64,000 nt of DNA from a virus, in the IMG/VR virus record IMGVR_UViG_3300045988_122854; one strand, given 5' to 3'. Positions within the stretch are counted from its first letter, which is position 1. Each line of letters begins with the position of its first letter. The notes under the pieces were generated by a model, which ran no database searches, was not told where the DNA came from, and worked only from the letters and a program-made list of their open reading frames with translations. Of this stretch, positions 52,065 through 63,449 are shown one piece after another. Both the position numbers and the translations under genes were made by a program.

Positions 52065-52440
52065 TGATACTTTTTAGCAACTGCCTTCAAGGGACTAAGT
52101 GGTTTCCGCATTTAATTTTTCCTCCATATATTTGATTAATTTATCTTTATATTTACAACTATCAATATATCTATTAATAGTATCTATATCATATTTTTCC
52201 ATTAAGTGTTCTAATATATATTTGTATTTGTTTAACTGGTATTCTTCTTGTTCTTCTTTGGTGCTTAATTGAGCCTTTTCCGCGTCTGATAAAGGTCTAT
52301 AAGTAATTGTTCTTGATCCATTATCTTTTTGCTCAATACGTATTGTTTTAAATAACTTCCAATCTCTTACAAAAGGGTCTTTATCTCTTGTTGCGTTAAA
52401 ATATTCTTGTTCTAATCTAAATATTACCGCATTTATCCCT
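52065..52440 (-). CDS. Hypothetical protein (about 125 aa) with 2 in-frame TAG
   Basis: Hand translation ...ITYRPLSDAEKAQLSTKEEQEEYQLNKYKYILEHLMEKYDIDTINRYIDSCKYKDKLIKYMEEKLNAETTQSLEGSC with TAA at 52065-67. The start was not located, so coordinates are approximate. Confidence 0.3.
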
Positions 52441-52977
52441 CTTACTTCAAAAGGCTAGTTCCGCCTCATCTTCAATATCCTCCCATTCAAATGTTCCATC
52501 ATCTAATTCATACACAAATGCTTGTTTATAAAATGATGAAACAATTCCATCATTTGTAATTCCTTTTGGACTATTTTTCGCATCATGAAAACAATTATAA
52601 ACAATTAGTCCTTGCGTTTCATATCGCGAAAAATCTACTGCCCTTCCCTCAAAATCATAATTATAAAATATGTTTAACAATAGCATACACTCATATTGCG
52701 CGATTGGCCATTTATTTAATTCTTTTTGCTAATTTGCCATTTTTTGGTATAATATCCAAAAAGCTTTTCTATATAACCATAAAAAAAGGAGTGATGCTAC
52801 TAATGCATAACTCAATAATACGATAAAAATAATTTCCATAAATACTCCTTTTCTTTTTCTTATAATAATAATAAAATAAAAATAAAGAAATGTCAAGTCG
52901 TAGCGCGTGCTTGGGCAAAAGTTATTTGTTTTGTTAAAAAAATTTTTAAATATAAAAAGAAAAAATTTTAAATGAAA

Positions 52978-53006
52978 CTTGACAAAAAAAATTTTTTCGA
53001 GTATAA
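52978..53006 (+). promoter_or_regulatory. Perfect consensus TTGACA-N17-TATAAT promoter for the rightward late/structural module
   Basis: TTGACA 52978-83, 17-nt spacer, TATAAT 53001-06, then GGAGGT RBS and ATG 53031. Confidence 0.65.
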
Positions 53007-53030
53007 TATAAATATAGACTGGAGGTAAAA

Positions 53031-54086
53031 ATGATAAAACTTGATTATTCTTTACAAACTCCAGAAGAAAGAAATCAATTAGTCGAACAAATTTTGGCTG
53101 ACAATCCAGATCCGCCTGAGAAATATTTAGAAATTTTAGCAGACTATTTGGTTCTTTGTATGGAGAAACAAGAAAAAAAGGAGAAAAAATTATTAACTGA
53201 TAATCGTATGGCTACAGTTAATAAGCGTGAGACTTCTTTTGAAGGTCTTGTTTCCCAACTCGAAAATGGCGAAGATGGAATTTATAATTTAATTACAGAT
53301 AATAGAAATACAATATTTCAACCACATATTACAATTACAAAAAAAGATTTAGAAGAGATACCAAGTTTAAATTAGTTAAGAGAAGCCATTAATGTTTGGG
53401 AGGCTAAATTAAAAGTAACAGAAGGCAAAGATGCTTTTGTTATTAAAAAGGCTCTTATTGAAATGCGTAAAGATTAGTATGTTATGAAAAATGCTTATCG
53501 TCGTCCAATAGTGCCTACAAAATTAACCAGATCAAAGTCTTATATTCCATTAGATGATAAAACATTTATTTTTGATGATGATGGTTTTCCCATTCCTGAT
53601 GGAATTAGTTTACTAAGACCTGAAATATGTTCTGCGGTTTTATGTAATTATTCCCGATTAAAGCAAGATAGTTGGGGCGAATATGATAAAGATTTATGGT
53701 ATTTAATGGAGGATTTTGATAAGCTTTGTGATAAAGCTTTAGCTAATTATCCTCTTTATGATAGAATCGTTGAATATAAAATTGATGGTTTACAAAATAT
53801 TGACATTCAAGAGAAAATACAAATGGAATTTGGTATTAAGCATAGTCTTGAATATATTTCAAGTTTATGGCGTAATAAAATTCCAAAATTAATTGCTTCG
53901 ACTGCGGAAGACGAATATTTAGATAATTATTATTTAAATGTTGAAAAAGGCAAATATAAAAAATGTAGTCGTTGTGGTAAAATAAAATTGGCTCATAATA
54001 AATATTTTAGTAAAAATAAAACAAGTAAAGATGGCTTTTATAGTATTTGTAAAAGTTGTCGAAATTCTAAGGCCAAAAAATCTTAA
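53031..54086 (+). CDS. Hypothetical protein (351 aa, 2 in-frame TAG) with a C-terminal zinc ribbon
   Basis: ORFs 53031..53375 and 53484..54086 are in one frame, joined through TAG at 53373 and 53475. CSRCGK...CKSCR at the C-terminus. Confidence 0.5.
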
Positions 54087-54135
54087 TATTGTCCTTTTGT
54101 TTATAATAAATAGTTGAAAGGAGAATATTTTATTT

Positions 54136-55323
54136 ATGGCTGAAACATATTATTGTGAAAAATGTAATCGTACAATGAATGGCACGGAATTCTATTCATC
54201 TAATAATTTAGAAAAATATCCTAATGATGGTAAATTTCCTGTGTGCAAAAAATGTATGACAATGCACGTCGATAATTGGAATCCAGATACTTATTTATGG
54301 ATTTTACAAGAAGCGGATGTTCCTTATGTTCCAGATGAATGGAATAAATTAATGGAAAAATATGGGCGCGATCCGCAGTCTATGACCGGTATGACAATTC
54401 TTGGACGTTATTTGTCAAAAATGAAACTCAAATAGTTTAAAGATTATCGTTGGAAAGATACAGAATTTTTATAGTAGATGGCGAATAATAAATTAGAACA
54501 AACTATGAAACGTCAAGGATATGATGCTCAATAGATTGCAACCGCTATTGAAAAAAGTTCTATTGCTATTCCAGAAGGAGAACTAAAAGAGCCGGTTTAT
54601 GCTCCACCACCTAATGCCCCTACGGAAGATTATTTTGCACAATAGAGTGGGGAAGTGGAACAAGAATTAGACTTAACTGATGAAGACCGCACTTATTTAA
54701 GACTTAAATGGGGTAAGACTTATAAACCTGAAGAATGGGTTAAGCTTGAATAGTTGTATGAAGAAATGATGGCTTCTTATGATATTCAAGGCGCCGGACA
54801 TAAAGATACGCTAAAATTAATATGTAAAACATCTTTAAAGGCAAATCAATTGATCGATATTGGTGATATTGAAGGTTTCCAAAAGATGAGCAAAGTATAC
54901 GATAGCTTAATGAAGTCTGGTAAATTTACCGCTGCTCAAAACAAAGCAGAATCAGGTGAATTTGTTGATTCAATTGGCGAATTAATTGAATTATGTGAAA
55001 AAGAAGGATATATTGAAAGATATTATGTTGAATAGCCACATGATAAAGTGGATTTAACTATTCAAGATATGCAACGTTATACTCGCACTCTTATCGAAGA
55101 TGAAACTAATATTAGCACAATGGTAGAAAAGGCTTTGCGCGAAAATGCCAAAGAAGATGAAGAGAAAGCAAAGAACGCGGAAAGCGATATCGTTGATGAT
55201 GCTGATTTAAGTATTGAAGAACTTGAAAAAACTATTAAAGATAGTGATTACGCGGATTTTGAGGAATTTAAAGAATAGGAATCTGCACAAGATAATGAGT
55301 TCTTATAGGGCTTGGATAAATAA
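54136..55323 (+). CDS. Hypothetical protein (about 395 aa, about 9 in-frame TAG); by position a possible small terminase subunit
   Basis: ORFs 54136, 54754 and 55048 are all in frame 1. TAA at 55321. N-terminal CEKCN...CKKCM zinc ribbon. Confidence 0.4.
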
Positions 55324-57062
55324 TGGCATTACAAGATTTACTGTAGTTAAGTGATAGCCGTAGAAAAATAGGGTTATCACCGGAGCGAGTAGAAGCGGTA
55401 ATGCCCACTATTCGCAAATACGTTGCCTTTTGGAGAGAATATCCTGATTTATTTGTAGATTTTATGGTGCGAGGAAGACGCACTGAAATAAAAGATGGAG
55501 AATTTAATTTTTATTTTTATTAGAGAGTATTTCTCCGTTCTGTTATGCGTTATTAGTATGTTTACGCGGTTTTCCCTCGTGCTTATTCTAAATCATTCTT
55601 GTCTGTTATGGCATTAATGATTAGATGTATTTTATATCCTGGTGCGCATTTGTTCGTTACTTCTGGAGGTAAAGAGCAAGGTGCTAGCATTCTTCATGAT
55701 AAAGTTCAAGAAATATGTGAACTTATTCCAAGCTTTAATCGAGAAATTGATTGGAGCCGAGGAAAAACTCTTGAAGGAAAAGATAAAGTTAGATATGTGT
55801 TTAAAAATGGTTCAGTTTTGGATAACCTTGCAGCTCGTGAAAGCACTCGTGGTTAGCGTCGTCATGGTGGACTAATGGAAGAATGTGTTGGTATTGATGA
55901 TGCCATTCTTCGTGAAGTTATTATTCCTGTTATGGCAATTTCTCGTAGAGCTAAAGATGGCACTACCAATGAACAAGAGCCATTAAACAAATCACAAATC
56001 TATATTACTACTGCTGGTTATAAGGGCACATTCCCTTATGATAGACTTATTGGTTTCTTAGTTCGTATGGTAACTTAGCCTGATCGTTGTATGGTATTAG
56101 GTGGAACCTGGCGAACTCCTGTTGCAGTAGGATTACAAAGTAAAACATTTATTACTGACCAAAAGAATGAAGGAACTTATAATGAAGCGTCATTCGAACG
56201 TGAATATGAATCTAAATGGTCAGGAACGGTCGAGGATGCTTTCTTTAATGGAGAGCATTTTGATAGAAATAGAAAACTGTTATAGCCTGAATATGAAGCT
56301 TCTGGACGTGCGGGCGCGCAGGCTTATTATGTGCTTTCTGTAGATGTAGGTCGTAAAGGATGCGATTCAGTAGTTTGTGTATTTAAAGTAACACCACAAG
56401 CTCAAGGTCCAGCTATTAAATCATTAGTAAATATGTATACTATGTCAGATGACCATTTTGAAGATTAGGCTATTAAATTAAAGAAATTATTTTATAAATA
56501 TAAAGCTAAAACTTTGGTTATAGATGGTAATGGTTTAGGTATTGGACTTTTAGATTATATGGTAAAATCTCAAAATGATGAAGATGGTGAATTTTTACCT
56601 GATTTCGGTGTTGAAAATGATGATGATGGATATTATAAAAAATATCGCACACCAAATACTCAATTTGATGCTATGTATGTTATTAAAGCAAATGCTCCAA
56701 TAAATACTGAATGTCATGCTAATGCTTAGACTCAATTACAGGCGGGTAAAGTAAAATTCTTAATAGATGAGAGAACAGCTAAAGAAAAATTATTAGCTAC
56801 TCAAAAAGGTTCAAAAATGACTCCTGAACAAAGGGCAGATTATTTAAAACCATTTACTTTAACCTCCATATTAAAAGAAGAAATGATGAATTTACGCGAA
56901 GAAAATGAAGGTATTAATATTATCCTAAAACAGGCGAATCGCGGAATTCGTAAAGATAAATTTTCGGCTTTTGAATATGGATTATATTATTTAAAACTTG
57001 AAGAAGATAAAAAGAAAAAACGTAAAAAGTTTAATGCGGCTGATTGGTGCTTTTTAAATTAA
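55323..57062 (+). CDS. terL: Terminase large subunit (about 579 aa, multiple in-frame TAG)
   Basis: ORFs 55599, 55875, 56091, 56514 and 56817 are all in frame 0. ...ARESTRG[TAG]RRHGGL... and a C-terminal RNase-H-like block LVIDGNGLGIGLLDYM. Lies immediately upstream of the portal gene. Confidence 0.55.
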
Positions 57063-57074
57063 GGAGGGTGGAAA

Positions 57075-57431
57075 ATGCGTGCTTCAAGAGGAGAAATTAA
57101 AATTGAAGAAATCTTAGAAGAAGCAGGACTACCTTTTAAAATGGAATATATCTTTCCAGATTTAAAAAGCCCAAGCGGGCGTCCGCTTCGTTTTGATTTT
57201 GTTATATTTGATGATGATGGAAAAATTGATTTCATTATTGAGTATTAGGGAAAATAGCATTATGAAGCCAGTTCTAAATTTGGCGGAAAACGCGGTTTAT
57301 ACCAGTAGCAATATAATGATAATCAAAAAAGACGTTTTTGCGCTTTACATGATTTTAGATTAATAGAGATTCCATATACCGACGAAAACCTTATTTCTTA
57401 TGATTATATAATGAAATTAGCAGGTTATTAA
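57075..57431 (+). CDS. Small DUF559/Vsr-like PD-(D/E)xK endonuclease (about 118 aa, 4 in-frame TAG) inserted between terL and the portal gene
   Basis: PLRFDFVIFDDDGKIDFIIEY[TAG]GK[TAG]HYE, homologous to the C-terminus of gene 27506..28435. Confidence 0.5.
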
Positions 57432-57444
57432 AGGAGGTGGAACT

Positions 57445-59094
57445 TTGGATACGCAAGATCGTAATGATTAGATTCATGCTAAAGGTTTTGATATTTATAA
57501 TGGTCGTTATGAATATAATTATAATGACACTATGGATTATGCCAATAGAAAAATAAAAGTTGGCACAAAAACTTTAGATGATGCTATTTTAAAACTTGGT
57601 GATTATAGTAAGATTAGATACCCAGGTCAAACTCGTATTATCACGAAACCTGATGTGCTTTGCGCGCTTGCGGAAAGAGATTTAAATGCTTTACGATATA
57701 TTTCTAATTTTTATTATGACATAAGTGGTGTATATCAACGAGTTTGTAATTATGTTGCTTTTTTATACCGCTATGATTGGTATATTGCAGCCGAAACTTA
57801 TGATGATAGTGTAAAAGAAGAAAAAGTTTTAAAAGATTTTTATAGAATGTTGAATTATTTTGATAATAGTTATATTAAAAAGATTTGCGGAGATATTGCT
57901 TTACAAGTCGTTAAAAATGGATGCTATTATGGATATATAGTTCCTTCAGAAAAAAATCTAATTTTACAAGAATTGCCAGTTAGATATTGTAGAACACGTT
58001 ATAGTGTAAATAATACCCCAGTTGTCGAATTTGATATGCGATTTTTTGATACTTTTAGAGATATGAATTACCGCTTAAAAGTATTAAAATTATTCCCAGA
58101 AGAATTTGCTAAAGGTTATGTTTTATACAAGCAAGGAAAACTTGCTCTAGAAGAAGCGGTTGGATGCTAGCATACTGGTAGTTGGTATGTTCTTGAGCCA
58201 GAAAATTGTATTAAATTTAATATTAATAATAGTGATGTTCCTATTTTTGTAAATTCCATTCCTACTATTATGGATTTAGATGCAGCGCAAGATCTTGACC
58301 GCAAGAAACAAATGTAGAAGTTGCTTAAAATTTTAGTCCAAAAGCTCCCAATGGATAAAAATGGTGATTTGATATTTGATGTTGATGAAGCTAGAGATAT
58401 CCATAATAATGCCGTTTAGATGTTATAGAGGGCTATTGGAGTAGATGTTTTAACTACATTTACTGATGTAGATTCTATTGATATGTCTGATAAGAATACT
58501 ACTACAACGACAGATGATTTAGCTAAAGTTGAACGTAGTGTTTATAATTCATTAGGTATTTCATAGAATTTATTTAATACTGATGGTAATATGGCTTTAG
58601 AAAAATCAGTATTAAATGATGAATCTACAATAAGAAGTTTAATTTTATAGTTTAATATATTCTTTAATAGGATTATTGAAAAAAAGAGTAGTAATAAAAA
58701 ATATAATTTTAGATTTTATTTATTAGAAACTACTCAAAATAATTATCAAACACTTTCTAAAATGTATAAAGAACAAGCGCAAATGGGACAATCAAAACTA
58801 TTGTCTTAGATTGCTCTTGGACATTCGTAGAGTTTTATTCTTAATGCAGCTCATTTTGAAAATGAGATTTTACATTTAAGTGAAATTATGATTCCTCCTC
58901 TTATGAGTTCTACTATGGGTAGTGAAGATATTTTGGGTTTAAAAGGTTCATCATCTAATAATAAAACTCAAAATAATTCAGGAAGCTCAGGTTCTGGAAC
59001 TGCTAAAGCTTCTAATGGCGAGGCAGGACGTCCGGAGAAACCTGATGATTAGAAAAGTGAAAAAACTATTCAAAATAAAGAAGCAATGAAATAA
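57445..59094 (+). CDS. Portal protein (about 549 aa, about 10 in-frame TAG)
   Basis: AAGGAGGTGG RBS then TTG 57445 (or ATG 57532). Single frame to TAA at 59092. Size and position after terL. Confidence 0.5.
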
Positions 59095-59103
59095 GGAGGA
59101 TTT

Positions 59104-60690
59104 ATGAAACATACAAGTATTAAATTAAATACACCTTGTGAGTTTATAAATATAACTCCTGTAAATCCTTTAATTTCTAAATGTCAAATTAAGGTTTGTT
59201 ATGTAGATGATAAACCTAATCGTAACAAAAGCGTAATTACTAAAGATGTAGCGACTGAGATGGCTAATAGCCTTCCTGGTAGTCCTATTGTTGGCTTTTT
59301 TAATGAGAATGCTGAAGATTTTGAAGAACATAATAGGATAATTGAATTATCTAACGGCGAATTTAGAATGAGAGATAATACTCGCCCTTATGGTTTCGTT
59401 GATCTTGGAGCTAAAGTTTGGTTTTAGAAATTTTTGGATGATGGTGTTGCCGAACGTGAGTATTTAATGACTGAAGGTTATCTGTGGACTGGTTAGTATC
59501 CTGAATGTAAACGTGTAGTTGATAAAGGGAATAATCATTCTATGGAGCTTGATGAAAAAACATTAAATGCTACGTGGGCAAAAGATAGTAATGGAAAGCC
59601 TTAGTTTTTTATTATAAATAAGGCAATTATTTCTAAACTTTGTATTTTGGGAGAAGAAAATGAACCTTGTTTCGAAGGTTCCCAAATCAATGTGAATTTT
59701 TCATTCGATGATGGTTTTAAGAACACTTTGTTCTCCATGATGAATGAACTCAAAGAATTTATGAAAGAAGGAGGACCCAAAGTGTTTACACAATATGCTG
59801 TTGAAATTGGCGATAGTTTGTGGAATTCTCTCTGGTCTTATGTTGAGACTAAATATCCTGGCGAGCCTAGTAGTTATTGTTCTATTTATCGCATTGAAGG
59901 CGTTTATGAAGATGCTGGACAAAAGTTTGCTATTCTTCAAAATAGACAAGACCAAAAATATTATCGCATGGACTTTTCTCTTACCGATGTAGAAGGCTTT
60001 GTTCCTTCTGACGCTTTAACTGAAGTAACTAAGTCTTATACTCCGGCAACAGAGCCTCAGTTTGCTCTTGCTGATATTGAAGCTTTTGAGACTGATTATG
60101 CTTCAAAGAAAAAGGCTGAGGAAGAGGACAAAAATAATAAATCTAACGGCCAAAACCCTGATAATAAATCAGAGGGCAATGATAATAAAAAGAACCCTGA
60201 TAACGGGGAACCCTCTAATAAGTCTGATAAAGGCGACAATGGCGAGAATGATGATGATAAAAAGAAAAAGAAAAATTATTCTCTTGAGGACGTTGTTGAA
60301 TATACTGAACTTAAAGCTCAGTATGATGAATTACAGACTAAATTCGCGGCTCTTGAAACTGAAAATAATAGCTTGAAAGAGCAAATTGCTCCACTTGCTG
60401 AATTTAAAAATGCTGCTGAAAAGAAAGATAAAGAAGATATGATTGCTAAATTCTATATGCTTTCTGATGAAGATAAAGCTGATGTTGTTGAAAATATTGA
60501 TAAATATTCTCTTGATGATATTGAAGCTAAATTATCTGTTATTTGTGTTCGCAACAAGGTGAGTTTCGACCTTGACGAAAATAATAAGCCCAATGGTGCT
60601 ACTACTTTTAATTTGAACAATAATGGTTCAGAAGATGATGATATGCCCGCTTGGGTGAAGGCGGCTTTTGCTACCGCCAACAAAAATTAA
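59104..60690 (+). CDS. Head morphogenesis / scaffold-like protein (about 528 aa, 3 in-frame TAG) with an acidic, K/D-rich coiled-coil C-terminal half
   Basis: ORFs 59104 and 59647 share a frame. Low-complexity KAEEEDKNNKSNGQNPDNKSEGNDNKKNPDNGEPSNKSDKGDNGENDDDKKKKK. Confidence 0.4.
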
Positions 60691-60707
60691 TAAGGAGGAC
60701 ATACTAA

Positions 60708-61625
60708 ATGTTTAAAGACTTTTTGAATAAGAATCTTCCTATTAAGTCTCAGGCAAAGTATGTTGAGTTTGGTTACGGTCAGGTCGAGCCTAATCACCTT
60801 TCCGCACAAAGAAATGCTCAAATCTATGCTCAACTTCCTGCCAATAAAGACATTGAGATTCTTGAAAACGGTCAGTTTGTAAAGTATGACTATGCTGCTA
60901 ATGGTAATGGTATTGGCGAAGTCAACTTCACTGGCGAAGGTGAATGGATGCTCGTTTATAACGAAATTAAGCTTTATCGTGATCATTATGATGGCAGTAA
61001 GCAGTGGGATTGTGAATTTGCTATGATTAAAGATGACTATCAGGCTCGTGTTTATAGTCCTTATGATTGGGAGCATACCGAGGTTGAATATGGTGGTCGT
61101 TTTTGGAATGGCGTTGATGAGAAGGGTCAAACCTATAAGTTAATCAATCAGACCGTTTCCGCAGATCAAGGTTTAAAGACTGTTACTATTGCTGGTCGTG
61201 TTTATGATGTTGATGAAACCGGCAAGTTTACTTATGATGGTAATGAATATACTCTTGATAGTAATCATCAGGTTGCTAATGTTCCTGTAAAGTATTATTA
61301 TGATAAGCTTCTTACTGATGTTCCTGATATGTATGAAATGAATTGGACTAATGATCCATACCATAAGTTAGGTATTTATCATGAGAAGTTCATGGAATCT
61401 GGCACTTCTATGGTTCCTCGTGTATTTAAGACCATGATTGGTGATCTTTATACTACTAATATGATTAATGAAGAGACTCTTGCTGTTGGAGATAAGCTTT
61501 CTCCTTCTGCTGCTACAAAGGGTATTCTTAGCAAAACTGGCGACGATTCAATGACCTGGCAGGTTGTTAAGGTTTATACTATGCCTGATGGTCAAAAGGG
61601 CGTCAAGGTAATGCGTATTAAGTAA
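60708..61625 (+). CDS. Structural (head) protein (305 aa, no TAG); strong RBS
   Basis: TAAGGAGG 8 nt upstream of ATG; codon usage is GC-richer than its neighbours, as expected of highly expressed genes. Confidence 0.4.
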   Translation: MFKDFLNKNLPIKSQAKYVEFGYGQVEPNHLSAQRNAQIYAQLPANKDIEILENGQFVKYDYAANGNGIGEVNFTGEGEWMLVYNEIKLYRDHYDGSKQWDCEFAMIKDDYQARVYSPYDWEHTEVEYGGRFWNGVDEKGQTYKLINQTVSADQGLKTVTIAGRVYDVDETGKFTYDGNEYTLDSNHQVANVPVKYYYDKLLTDVPDMYEMNWTNDPYHKLGIYHEKFMESGTSMVPRVFKTMIGDLYTTNMINEETLAVGDKLSPSAATKGILSKTGDDSMTWQVVKVYTMPDGQKGVKVMRIK

Positions 61626-61642
61626 GAAAGGAGAAAAGGATA

Positions 61643-62749
61643 ATGTTAGATAAAAATAATTTAATTGCTCTTATGAAGCAAGTTGCTAAGGCTGATCCTT
61701 CTGCTCCTGTTGCTTATAGTTATGAGGGAAAAAATCTTAGTTATGAAGCCTTAAATGAAACTCTTCGTAATGAAATGAATGAGTTGGCTGGTACTTATGC
61801 TCTTTATCGTGAAAATAAGAATCTTATTTTCTCTATGATTGAGCAAACTCTTGATGAGGTTCTTCCTAAGAAAGTTATTCAGCAATATGATCAGTTTGCT
61901 GAGGTTAAGACTTTCGCTCAGGGTGATAAGCCTATTTTCCGTCGTCCTCTTAATAATCGTGCTCGTGCTAAGCAGTTTGTAACTCGCGTTGGTCTTGCTG
62001 GTATTTATGAAGTCTTCAAGCTCGGACCTAAAGAGAATGAAGCCTTCGAGGTACGTACTAGCGCTATCGGCGGAGCTGCTCAGATTGGCTTCGAAGAGTT
62101 CCTTGATGGTCGTGTTGATTTCGGCGAAGTAACCAAGATCATCATGGATGGTATGGATGAACTTATTTATAAAGAAGTTGCTGCTGCTCTTAGATCTTCT
62201 ATCAATCAGCTTCCTCCTGCTAACCGCGTTGCGGCTGCCGGATTTGATGAAGCTGCTATGGATCGTTTGATCACTATTGCTTCTGCTTATGGTACTCCTA
62301 CTATTTATTGTACTTATGAGTTCGCTGTTAAGATGATTCCTCATGAGGCTTGGAGATATACTGAAGCTATGAAGAATGAGCTTTGGAATAATGGTCGTCT
62401 TGCTACCTACAAGGGCACTAAGGTTATTATTCTTGAGCAGGGCTTCGAAGATGAAACCAATACTCGTAAGGTTATTGATCCTGGTTATGCTTGGGTTATT
62501 CCTACGGGCGCTGATGGTAAGCCTGTAAAGATTGCTTTCGAAGGTGGTACTATTGTTGACGAGTTCAATAATTATGACCGTTCTCGTGAGATTCAGGTTT
62601 ACAAGAAAGTTGGCGTAGTTTGTATGCTTGCTAATAACATCTGTGCTTACGTTGATACTTCACTTCTTGGTCAGATGTATACTTGGAATTATGATGGAAT
62701 TACTGGTAAGGTTATCACTTATGATGGTCGCCTTGACGGTACTGTCTAA
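61643..62749 (+). CDS. Putative major capsid protein (368 aa, no TAG)
   Basis: Position downstream of the portal and scaffold genes, strong RBS, size; no motif-level confirmation possible by eye. Confidence 0.35.
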   Translation: MLDKNNLIALMKQVAKADPSAPVAYSYEGKNLSYEALNETLRNEMNELAGTYALYRENKNLIFSMIEQTLDEVLPKKVIQQYDQFAEVKTFAQGDKPIFRRPLNNRARAKQFVTRVGLAGIYEVFKLGPKENEAFEVRTSAIGGAAQIGFEEFLDGRVDFGEVTKIIMDGMDELIYKEVAAALRSSINQLPPANRVAAAGFDEAAMDRLITIASAYGTPTIYCTYEFAVKMIPHEAWRYTEAMKNELWNNGRLATYKGTKVIILEQGFEDETNTRKVIDPGYAWVIPTGADGKPVKIAFEGGTIVDEFNNYDRSREIQVYKKVGVVCMLANNICAYVDTSLLGQMYTWNYDGITGKVITYDGRLDGTV

Positions 62750-62835
62750 TTTAATATAAATTATTCCATGGGGAGAAGGGATTAAACTCCCTCTCCCCAT
62801 ATTTTTGTTTTATGAGTAAAAGGAGAAATTGAATA

Positions 62836-63429
62836 ATGATTAATAATGAAGATATTTATAATGTAAAAAATAGAAGCACTAGTGTAGTTGTTTATACTAT
62901 TCCTGATACTAATTTGCGTCGTGAATTTGCGCCCGGTGAGACTAAGCGTATTCCATTTGGTGAGTTAGAGAAATTAACTTATCAGGCAGGTGGTCGCGAA
63001 TTAATTGCTAATTTTTTACAAATTTTAGAGCCAGAAGTAACTCATACTCTTAATGTTCATACTGAACCTGAATATAATATGTCAGAGCAACAAGTTGCTG
63101 ATTTAATTCTTAATGGCTCATTAGATGCTTTCTTAGATGCTCTTGATTTTGCTCCTATTGGAATTATTGACTTAATCAAGAATTTATCTGTTAGCCTTCC
63201 TATTACTGATATTAATAAGCGTAGAGCTTTGAAGGAAAAAACTGGGTTTGATGTTGATAAAGCTATTGCTAATGATATCGCTAGTAAAGAAGAAGATACT
63301 ATTGTAGAGAAAGAGCCCGCGGTTAAGCGTCGTGTAGTAAGAGAAGAACCTACTACTCAAGGTCGTCGCACAAGCGGTTCTGGATATAAAGTAATTAATA
63401 AAACCGAGGAAACTTCCTCCAAGAAATAA
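62836..63429 (+). CDS. Hypothetical structural protein (197 aa)
   Basis: Intact ORF in the late module. Confidence 0.4.
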   Translation: MINNEDIYNVKNRSTSVVVYTIPDTNLRREFAPGETKRIPFGELEKLTYQAGGRELIANFLQILEPEVTHTLNVHTEPEYNMSEQQVADLILNGSLDAFLDALDFAPIGIIDLIKNLSVSLPITDINKRRALKEKTGFDVDKAIANDIASKEEDTIVEKEPAVKRRVVREEPTTQGRRTSGSGYKVINKTEETSSKK

Positions 63430-63449
63430 TTTATAGGAGGGCGATTAAG

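Noticed and set aside
51974-52111. 45-aa basic ORF (MRKPLSPLKAVAKK...) with a GGAGG RBS
   Set aside because: It overlaps, out of frame, a better-supported TAG-recoded gene (52065..52440). It is kept only as a low-probability alternative.
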